Source: Catajapyx aquilonaris (taxonomy: Eukaryota). From it: a DNA stretch of 29,470 nt. Where the stretch lies: assembly GCA_000934665.2 (NCBI GenBank), contig JYFJ02001099.1, positions 62,001 through 91,470 of the forward strand. The letters run 5' to 3'. The notes beneath the pieces were generated by a model. It did not search any database. It saw only the letters and a list, made by a program, of their open reading frames with translations, and was not told the origin of the DNA. How positions within the stretch are numbered: position 1 is the first letter of the stretch; each line of letters starts with the position of its first letter. The position numbers and the translations under genes are program-made. Below are positions 20,227 to 29,470 of this stretch, piece after piece.

Positions 20227-21400
20227 CAGTGCTGGACAAATTAGCCGTCACGGAATGTTTTTTCCCCGTCGGCGACGGCGCTGCCTGGCAACCCCGTCCG
20301 GCGGGCCAATTCAAACACCAGCACATGGAGAGTGCTTCCATTGTTGCCACTGTTTACAAATCGAGGGAGTGACACGGACGACCCAGCGACGGGTCTCTTC
20401 TGCCTGCTCACACAGTATCGGCAGGGATACGCAGGAGAATATGGGAAAATAATGATGTTAGAAGCAAACCACGCTGGGCAAATATTATCCCTGGACTCAA
20501 AGAGAGGTTTTCGTCCTCAGCACACAAAATACAATATTCCACCCCTGAGGAGGGGGTGCCAATGATTAAGGTCAGGGGTGTGCTAATTGAAAGTGCGTCA
20601 ACTGGTGGATTCTTTCGGTTTTTGTGTCTTTTCCGCGTACTTCGACACCTCGAAGACGAATGGAGACCATGCCCCGTATGACAGACACCACGTCAGTCGT
20701 GTAATTTGTCCCCAAAGACGTCATATCTTAAAATGGCTTCCGCTGTTCCGCATATATACCAGTACGTGTCGTTCACGTCATATTCGCACCAGGAAGAGAT
20801 CCACGACTAACATGACACGTACAGGGGTTGGACACAATAACATGAACACCTGCAACAAGCGTTAGTCGTGTATCTCTTCCTGGCGCGAATATGACGTGAA
20901 TGACACTTACTCGTAGGCCTATATGCGGAACAGCGGAAGCCATTTTGAGATATGATGTCTTTGGGGACAAATTACGAGACTGACATGGTGTCTGACATAC
21001 GGGGCATGGTCTCCATTCGTCTTCAAGGTGTCGGAAAAGACACAAAAACCAAAAGAATCCGCCGGTTGACGCACTTTCAATTGGCACACCCCTGATCTTA
21101 ATTGACACCCCCTCCTCATGGGTGGAATATTGTATTTCGTGTGCTGTGGACGAAGACCTTTCTTTGAGTCCAGGGATAATATTTTCCCAATGGTTTGCTT
21201 CAAACATCATTATTTTCCCATTTTCTCCTGCGTATCCCTGCCGATACTGCGTGAGCAGGCAGAAGAGACCCGTCGCTGGGTCGTCCGCATCACTCCCTCG
21301 ATTTGTGAACAATGGCAACAATGGAAGCACTCTCCGTGTGCTGGTGTTTGAATTGGCCTGCCAGACGGGTTGTCAGCGACGGCTAATTTGTCCAGCACTG
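20227..21400. mobile_element. 1174-bp Tc1-type non-autonomous foldback element
   Basis: TA|CAGTGCTGGACAAATTAGCCGTC...GACGGCTAATTTGTCCAGCACTG|TA; arms ~20227-20810 and ~20861-21400 align as an inverted repeat; CAGTGCTGG ends with a TA target duplication are Tc1-like. Confidence 0.92.
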
Positions 21401-22301
21401 TACAGTACAGTAGGTCTCTCCTTCGTGGCTTTCGTCGGGAGATGGCCAGTCCTCAAAAGTAGGACTTCATCCGTAGTCCTCTCTGGAGATGATCTTGTGG
21501 TGCACACCATTCTCTTTGACCAGGACTCTACACTGTAATTCATGTACCGTACACCGCATCCACTGTCCATTGCTGCAGACTGAGCGACACAGAGGACTGA
21601 ACTCCGACTGAACTGAACATGTAATATTCCATATACTGGCTGTGATGTGACCCTTACCGTTCAGAGGGGAAAACGCAGAGGGAGGGGGGAAAAAAATTGC
21701 ATCATTAAGTGTGGACCATCTATATACTGGCTAGAGTTAGGACACGAGGGTCTGTACCGGTTGCGTCCTACCTATGTACTGGTTAAGGCCACATGTACTG
21801 TACTAGCTCGGAAGCAGGACATAGCTGGACAGCTGGTAGATGAATTACAGTGTATGGACTTGCCAGGGTCCTCTCCTTTTTTTCTCAATCTTCTCGACAA
21901 CTGCAGTGACAAACTCCTTGTCTCTCGTGTTTGGCATCCATTTTGCGTAAGGAAAAAACTCCTGGTTCTCAGCAGCTTGACTATGGAGATGCCTTTGAAT
22001 GTTTTGTGCCTATGTGTCTTCCTTCATCAAAAAGGGCGTAATTGTTGAGCCGAGGGCTACATACATTGCCATGAGACTTCCACGTTGGTGGGTAAGGACG
22101 TAAGGTACCCTGGGTAACTGGACTAGGCCCTTGATTAGCAAGGCCTAGCTAGGCCGGATTGTATTGTATGATTGTTTGATAGATGAATGTTGACCATTGT
22201 TATCTCCTGTTGTGAATTTTGCCAGCGATGAATAACGAAGCCGAGACAATTTAATTGCATTTACTATTAGTAAGGAACCTGGACTCGCTCATGTTCAGAT
22301 A

Positions 22302-23038
22302 GGGTAAACCATACAGTTATGGGCCACTTAAGAAATTTTTCAAGTTCACATCATCACATGACTAGGGGCACTATTGGATAAAATGATGCAGGCTAATATG
22401 CAGGTGCTGAAGCCAAGTATCCTGGTAAATGAATACGGGTATAGGGGGTTATAGAAGGGAAATAATTCTGAATAAACTTGAATTTATTTCCAGAATGAAG
22501 ATTGATACGAATGGATGGTACGGCCCTATTATGCAACAACCAATCAAGCCACATATGCCGTAGAGTCTAAAACGAGAAAAAGCCGTAAGGGCGAGTTGGA
22601 AGGTGATTCCTCTTAGAAGCCCGTCCTCACTGCTTGTGCATGCAAGGTCACTTTTCGACTCTACAGCAAATGTGGGTTAACTAATTCGTATTTCAATGAC
22701 ACCGTCCAAATAGCCCTATGTGAAAAAAAAAAAAGGCTGGATCATTTAGCTTCCTCTGCAATGTGGCACGGGGGACACCATATTTTCTAGCCAGAGTGAC
22801 GGTCAGTTCTCAGAATTTGCTAATTCTTCCAGCGCATAATGCACTACAGTCTTAGAGGATATACTCTAACAACCGTGGGTCCGACAGGGGGGAAGATATA
22901 ACCAACGTTCTTCCAACAATGCAGTGCAGCCACCCACGGGCGAAAATGATCGCTACTTACACTACACGCCTTAATGTAAATAAGATTACTGTAGGTGGCT
23001 CATTACTCTATGGTGCCCCATAACTGTATGGTTTACCC
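22302..23038. mobile_element. TA-flanked TIR element (Tc1/mariner-pogo-like, non-autonomous)
   Basis: TA|GGGTAAACCATACAGTTATGGG...CCCATAACTGTATGGTTTACCC|TA; no recognisable transposase. Confidence 0.85.
22544..22680. mobile_element. Small nested MITE, piggyBac-like end
   Basis: ccacatatgccgtagagtctaaaa ... ttttcgactctacagcaaatgtgggTTAA; right end GGG-TTAA, left end degenerate. Confidence 0.55.
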
Positions 23039-23432
23039 TAGCTGTTGATGGTTAGTTTAGAACTGGGTGTGGCCAGATTGCAAGCACATTTTCGCACATT
23101 TTTTAATCATCTTATATTTTGGCCCTTTCGCATTTACTACAGCGGGGAGTTGGAAACACAGCCAGGTCATTCGATGGCGGTCTGGGCTGTTGGGTCATGA
23201 CCTTGCCGCCCCTATTTTGGCACACATTTCGAGCAATATTGTTGTTAATCGAGGCTGATCCAGACCCATTGGGAAGCAATGTTTGTTCGCGAAAAATGGA
23301 CTCCATTTTTTTGGGTGAATTGGCCGAACATTCTAGAACAATCCGTAGTGGGTGGTTGGGAGGTGGAGGGAGGGGGGGGGACATCCGGTGGGGGGAGAGG
23401 GGATCCAATCAGAGGCCTCGTGAAGTCCTCGT

Positions 23433-23917
23433 GGACCAATCAGGAGTAGCGTCGGTGTGACGTCATGGGCCCTATATAAGGAGGGTGGGTTTCGCCATAA
23501 AATGACGCGTGACTGACAATACTTCCTGCAGGGTACCGTACGGTACTAAATAAATTCCTGAATAAAAATAAGGAGGAACGGAGGGAAAAAAAAAAAGACA
23601 GAAGAAATGACGAAAAAAAGAGGGAGGTGGAAAATAAAAAAAGCTTCAGCCGGACGCGAACCTGCAGCCTTCTGATCTGCAGGCCAGGGCGCTATCCATT
23701 CCGCTACGGCAACCATCGCTGGGATAGGTCCTTCCGATGGGGATTCTTATACTTCCCCGGGTCTCCCGCACGATGGCGCGCAGGCAGGGGCTGTGGGGAG
23801 CTTAGACCCAATTCGATCCGGCAACATTGCCGAAGTGGGAGTGGCCGGAGACACCCGGACCAATCAGGAGTAGCGTCGGTGTGACGCGCCATGGGCCCTA
23901 TATAAGGAGGGTGGGTT
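23433..23917 (+). repeat. ~59-bp direct repeat with CCAAT and TATA boxes (23433-23491, 23857-23917) flanking a tRNA-like segment on minus (~23641-23710)
   Basis: ggaccaatcaggagtagcgtcggtgtgacg..catgggcc.ctatataaggagggtgggtt occurs twice; the minus strand between reads gccgtagcggaatggatagcg..ctgcaga..ggttcgcgtcc. Confidence 0.75.
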
Positions 23918-25188
23918 CGTTTCGATCGCTCTCTTCGCCCCTCAGACGCCATCAGAAACAGTCGTGTTCGATTCCGTCTCTCTGTCGAAGTAGTGTGTGG
24001 TGAAGAAGAGATCCTCGAATGGTATGTGTGGTCCCCCTTGTTGATTCGTTGGGCTGCTTGTGCAAGGAGGGGGGCGACTCGGTGGGCGATGGGCCCCGGG
24101 GCGGCGGAAGGAACCAGCCTCGGGTGGGTGCGAGGGAAGGCGCCAAGACCCGCCTCTCTCAGGGGGGAACAGTCAGGGGAAGACGAGGCCTCTTTTCTGA
24201 ACGAGTCGCGTTTGGTTGGAGATGCTAGGACCCAGGGGCGGCCCGTGTGCGTAACGCGGGCAATAACCACGGGGGAGGTGGGGGTCTATAGCACTAGCTT
24301 TACTCGAGGGGGGGTGAAAAGAAGATGGCGGCCGACCACGCTAGTCCTTCCCCTTCCTTCGAGAGGGAAAAGGGGAGAAATGGTGGGTGGTGACGCCATC
24401 TTGGAAACATCTCGGCGTCCTTTTGCCCCCCCCCTTCAGCCGTTGTTCCCCTCCCCCTTCAATGGGACTTGCTTCAACCCAACCCTCCTTCGCGACTGAA
24501 GCCTGAACTCCCGATGGGCTGACAGATGACATAAAAAATAGGAGCAATTTCTCTCATTCGCTATGACCACTTGTCAAATGTAGAAAAATAATGGTTTTAG
24601 GAGTTAGTGCATGTGAAACAAAATAATTATCATGTTTCCCCCTGCAAAACCGATGCAAGATATGCATAGTGAAGTACTGCAGTTTTCAGAGAACGTCTGC
24701 ATTGCACATACAGGGTGATCTGAAATGTCAGACTGATGTGGCTCTTGGCACTATATTTGTAGCATTTTGAGTGGTTTTCACAAGTATTAGCTACTTACAT
24801 TAGGTTAAATGTACTGCAAAGTGCGGCAAAGTGGGTTCTGTCATCAAAGAGAGATGCAAATTATTGTTCCAATGGGCCGTTCCTAATAATTGGAAGTAGG
24901 CCTATTGGATTTGGTTTGGTGAAATATTTATGCATGATATCCACCACATGTAACTGATAAGTTCTGGCCTTTAGTGCCATTAATTGCTGTATTAGTCTGA
25001 CACGTATTCTGGAATACCCTGTACATTGCACTTGAATAGATGCTAGCAAAACAGGGTTGCAAAGTTGAAAGTTGTAAAACAGATCGATTTAAACTCATTG
25101 GAAGGGATAGGTTCCTAATAATTCCATGCCCATTACTAATGTCTGGTTTTTTATGAAGACAGGTTTAAAATTATATCTGTATAATATA

Positions 25189-25441
25189 CAGGGTGATTAT
25201 CTGGAATGGAAACACAAACATTCCTCAATAACTTTTTAACTATGGTATGGTTCCCGATGAAAACTGACATGTACTTACATTGTACCATGCCAAACAAGGT
25301 CTGACTAAGGAATACACCATTCTTTAGTCAGACCTTGTTTGGCATGATACAAGGTAAGTACATGTCAATTTTCATCGGGAACCATACCATAGTTAAAAAG
25401 TTACTGAGGAATGTTTGTTTCCATTCGAGAGAATCACCCTG
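25189..25441. mobile_element. 253-bp palindromic Tc1/mariner MITE
   Basis: TA|CAGGGTGATT...AATCACCCTG|TA with ~120-bp arms and a short loop near 25315; a related single end tacagggtgatc is at ~24709. Confidence 0.92.
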
Positions 25442-25831
25442 TACAAATGCCCAGTTCCTTCTGAGTCATGGAACAATATTATTGGTCATCCATACACTAC
25501 AAGAAAATGTGCTCCTTCCGCAAGACTAGTTAAAAATGGGGATATTTTTAACATAATGCAATTTATCGCTTTGGCCTTAGACAACGCCATTTATTACTAC
25601 CTAGTTAGTTCTCCATCCGCCTTAGGCGAGCTGCATCTTTCTAAGCGACAGTATTCTTTAAATTAGGCGGCGATTGAGGTGATTACATCTGCGGGATGCT
25701 TCTGTTTGTACCGTTGGCAGATATTGAGTTTCGGTTCTCCAGAATTTGTTCAAATGCCAAGTAAGCCTTTCCCTTATAACTTTAAGTGCCTTTGTGAATA
25801 AATCATCGGAATTGTTTAATGAGCAATATTA

Positions 25832-26511
25832 CTTGATGGTTCAAAAATGATTGGGATTCCGATTTTATTCTGAACACTAACCATTTCATGGACAAAATAA
25901 ATTCATGGTACATTAAGGTATTTCCTGCCAATGTCTATGCACTGTTGCCACCATCCCAGCAGTTTATGTGTTGCTGCAGAAAACCATTCTTTGGGGGAAC
26001 CCCGGCACCACTTGTGGACAACTGACTGAAGCGCATCGTCGGAGGTGAACCTGTGACAGCGCACCCTTTCATTGCATCAAACAGAGCATAGTCACTAGTT
26101 GCAAGATCCAGTGAATGTAGAGGATGAGGCAGCACAGTGTATACCCTAGAGCTTTCAGGATATCAGTGATGGAGTGACTGACTCCACATTGTCATGATCT
26201 CTAGGGTACACCATGCTGTATCATTCTACATATTTACCGGATCTTGAGACTAGAAACTATGCCCAATGAAAGAGGGAGTGCAATGGTCACAAGTTCACCT
26301 CCAACCACGAGCTCTGTTCGGTTGTCAACAAGGGTGCGGGGTATCCCCAAAGAATAGTCTTCTGCAGCAATACGGAAACAGCCGGAACGGTGGCAACAGT
26401 GCATAGACATTGGCAGGGAATTCCCGAATGTATCATGCACTCATTTTGTCCCATTAAATGGTTAGTGTGCAGAAAAAAAAATTGGAGTCCCGATTATTTT
26501 TGAACAAGCTG
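25832..26511. mobile_element. Mariner remnant made of two inverted copies of the transposase 3' end and TIR
   Basis: Minus strand PHPLHSLDLATSDYALFDAMK (mariner HPPYSPDLAPSD motif), then after a frameshift HRFTSDDALQSVVHKW..PKEWFSAATHKLLGWWQQCI; the same 3' region recurs on plus at ~26280-26511; both ends TA-flanked. Confidence 0.85.
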
Positions 26512-27672
26512 TATAAATCAAATCTTGACTGCCATTTTCAATTTTCAATTTTTGGATTTTTTAAAGCATGAGAATGATCTCAGAGTGAAAATGCCATTCA
26601 AATGCACCCATCAAGTTTAAGATTTATCCTGATCTGGAGGTTATGGTTTTGCTCATATGGATGAAGAATGCTAGAATATTTTGGCACATTTCATACCTTG
26701 TAGTTTTGCAACTACTTTTCCGAAATAATGCAGTACATTTCAGTCATATTTGGTTTAATGTAAGAACTGTAAAAAAGTGGGCGGATAGGATCAAGGTCTA
26801 GCTTAAGTCTATCAGGTCAGGCATTGCGCAGGATGAAAACAAGTCTCTCCTGTGCATGGCCTGCTCACCCTCATGCTCTGTAATGTGCGATTCAGCACAG
26901 TATTAGCAAACTTTCCAATTTGATAATACAGCAGTCACTGCATTTTCCGAAATGCATGATCCCATGATGACAGGGTCGAAGGGGGACATTCATCTTCAAC
27001 ACTTGCCATAGACCCCTGAAGGAGTTGACACCAGTGGGCAATGTATTGCCATGATATGCCCCAAAAAAAATCGGTCATTACTCGCAAATGACAAAAACTC
27101 ATTTTGTGGCTTACGCAGGCCTCCTTTGCTCCTGTACAGATATGTCTTGTCGTCAGCTTCACAGACCAGGGTGTCCAGCCGTGTGGAAAATCGAGAAATG
27201 TGCTTGAATATTGCTGTTGAGTAAACGGATTATTTTATTAAGAGTTCTTCCATGCTATGGATCTGAAAATATGACCTTTGCCTAAATGGTATTTGCTAAT
27301 ATCTTTAATTTACCTGGTCATTTTCTATACCTTCTTCTGCGTTTTAGCTTTTGTTTTCATTATGTAAGTTATTACTCTGTGACAACCGGATCTGTAATGT
27401 TTTAAGTTTTCTTTCATTTTGTGTTTAAAATTTTTCCGTTGCGGTTTTTTGTTTTATAAGTCAGTTTCGTCCAGTAAGAAAGCATTTTGTTTCTGTCCCA
27501 ATGTTGCAAGTTCATATTACTCGCCAAAACACAAAAATCGAGATAAAACACATTTTTCCGAATGCTTGTTTGCGAGAAAATGGCAGTTCCCTATAATATT
27601 ATGGGATGCTAGGAAAATGTAACCTATATTATGGCTATAACAGTTGTTGATCACATTACCATGGCACCAGTC

Positions 27673-27851
27673 ACCAAAGCAGGTTGGTGGAGTGGCTATA
27701 GGGTCCGACTGCTAATCGGGAGGTCCTGGGTTCGAGCCCCGGGGCCAGCAACTCTAACCGTCGTTTTCTGTGGTTTCCCACGGTCCCTCCAGGAGAATTC
27801 CGGAGTTGTTTCCTAAAATAATGGGCCGCCGCCGCCTCCTTCCTTCCCTAT
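27673..27851 (+). mobile_element. tRNA-derived SINE, copy 2
   Basis: aagcaggttggtggagtgg..gtccgactgctaatcgggaggtcctgggttcgagccc..ccttccttcccta, same family as 20047-20215, opposite orientation. Confidence 0.85.
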
Positions 27852-28387
27852 ATAACGGCGTAACATATTATTATTACTACGGCAGCAGTGACATTCAGCA
27901 ATATCAGTAGCTTCATAATAATTATCACCAATGGTTGATTGTTGTTGATTGTGTTACCACGGAAACAGGCCGCGCAAAGAATGGGTTGTAAGTTATAGTT
28001 ACAATCACGGCTGATTACTCAGGTCGCACAACTCCCTCCCCCAATGCGTGAGCTTAGCTGCGCAGACTTTAAAAAAATTAGAATTTAACGACTGGGCGCA
28101 GGTGTCCCCTGTCAGGGGCTCTCGGAATATCTGGGTTAATGTGAATTGATGTAATATAAAGCAGTGAAAATTGGATACACTACGTTTATAGGTACAGATG
28201 CTGGTAAAATGCATGAAGAAAAAAATAATCGGGGGCCACCTGTAGCACACCCGAGATGAGTTGTTCTCTGAAATGACTCAACATGAGTTAAGCCCAATTA
28301 ACCACCGAAGAGATCAGTATGTTAGCCCTTTGGAATTTAGCATGTACCACACGTGAAAAGGATTCATGCATTCTGCATGGTTATGCG

Positions 28388-28448
28388 GGTAAATTCCAGG
28401 TGTAATTTGACATGTTTAACTTGTGTCAAATTACACCTGGAATTTACC
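28388..28448. repeat. 61-nt hairpin with perfect 25-bp stem
   Basis: ggtaaattccaggtgtaatttgaca-tgtttaacttg-tgtcaaattacacctggaatttacc. Confidence 0.9.
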
Positions 28449-28564
28449 TGTGGATTTGGAGGGTTCTTGTTGGGAAGGTTGGTGCAAATTGACTATTTCT
28501 GCGCCTCAGAGACGCAAGGAAGTTATGTCAAATTAATTGGCGTAATGTACTACTTTCATTGCAG

Positions 28565-29470
28565 ATGGAAGGCCAAGGGAGGGCAAGAGGTAGGGCCAGG
28601 GGCCGCACGCAGGCTCAGGCCATGGGGGAAGGGGCGGCCAGGCCAGGGAGTGAACCGGTGGCATCAGGATCCCAGACGCGCCCCCCGGTTGGAGGCGGAA
28701 GGGCCGTGGCTGCAGGGGAGAGACCTCCTGCTCCGGGAAGGTCCCAGGCACCACCAGTCCCGCAGGAGGCAGCCGCCCAGCCAGAGAGGGTCGTGACCGC
28801 TGGTGCCGCTAGCTTGCAGAGGGAGTTGGCCGCAATGGCCATCCAGGAGGGTGAGCCACTTCATTTGCTAGCATTGCTTTTGCAGGCCTCGTCAAGTGCT
28901 CCAAGTACAAGGTGCATTGATCTCCCACATGTTGCATGTTGATCAGGTGGCATGATTATGCTTTTACAGGAAGTGGCAAGGAGGTGCTGGTGGGCAGGGG
29001 AGGCGCCAGGGAGAGTAGGGATCGCCGAGTTGAACATGTTCGCACCCGCCCAGACCACGTCAGCAGCAAGCAGGGCAGCACAGGCAGGGTCGTCAAGCTG
29101 ATGGCCAATTACTTTGAAGTGGTCAAGCGTCCAGAGTGGACCCTGGTTCAATATCGGGTGGACTTCACCCCAGAAGAGGACCGCACATCTGTCCGGAAGG
29201 GGATGCTGCGTTCCTGCCGTGAAAAATTGGGGGGAGACTACATTTTTGACGGAACTGTCCTGTACATGAATCGCCGCCTCCCAGGGGATCGCCTGAACAC
29301 CTGCTGCGAACGTGGGACCGACCAGGAGAAGATACAAGTGACTGTCCGCATGGTGGGGGAGTTGCAACCATCAGATCACATGTACCTCCAGGTGTTCAAC
29401 ATCCTGCTGAGGCGCACCATGGGGCACTTGAAGCTGGAGATGATAAATCGCCACTTCTACGACCGCCATG
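28565..29470 (+). CDS. piwi: Piwi/Aubergine-clade Argonaute, N-terminal part (truncated by window end)
   Basis: Exons 28565-28850 and 28970->29470 (phase 1). MEGQGRARGRARGR (RG/RA methylation motif), RTRPDHVSSKQGSTGRVVKLMANYF, WTLVQYRVDFTPEED, YIFDGTVLY, YLQVFNILLRRTMGHLKLEMINRHFYD: typical PIWI-clade N and L1 domains. piwi versus aub cannot be resolved here. Confidence 0.95.

Noticed and set aside
20135..21538. Duplicated ORFs (MLPLLPLFTNRGSD..) on both strands
   Set aside because: Mirror images from the foldback arms, with stops and frameshifts differing between arms; no transposase motifs.
21420..22070. Possible decayed coding or retroelement fragment on minus (..RDKEFVTAVVEKIEKKRRG..)
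   Set aside because: Too short and interrupted to assign to any family.
23704..24499. 188-aa and 168-aa ORFs
   Set aside because: GC-rich repeat sequence with no domain motifs or splice-supported structure.
26416..26425. Perfect kB palindrome GGGAATTCCC
   Set aside because: Inside the mariner remnant and absent from the other arm; shows such matches arise by chance.
1..29470. Prokaryotic operon or defence-island interpretation
   Set aside because: Spliceosomal introns, PLC-gamma, eukaryotic PIWI and SINEs show a metazoan genome.

Overview
Eukaryotic (invertebrate, probably arthropod) genomic DNA with short GT-AG introns, so the ORF track shows only exon fragments; gene models below were spliced by hand. 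Left end: last five exons of a phospholipase C-gamma (SH3, split-PH, Y, C2). Right end: first two coding exons of a Piwi/Aubergine-clade Argonaute. Between them (2.1-18.1 kb) is a compact island of orphan genes. It holds (i) a tandem family of small 4-exon secreted proteins with a C-x23..27-C-x8-C-x27..33-C helical domain and a GPI signal (four intact copies, one headless copy, several remnants), whose Cys spacing resembles neuritin/CPG15; (ii) three related coiled-coil genes with a shared promoter 12-mer, two predicted to be N-myristoylated and C-terminally tail-anchored and two carrying a PB1/ubiquitin-like-looking domain; (iii) a fourth coiled-coil gene on the minus strand. Several NF-kB-like sites lie upstream of these genes, suggesting but not proving an immune-inducible cluster. 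The 19.3-28.5 kb stretch, probably the Piwi 5'-UTR intron, is filled with SINEs, MITEs, a 1.17-kb Tc1-type foldback and a mariner remnant.
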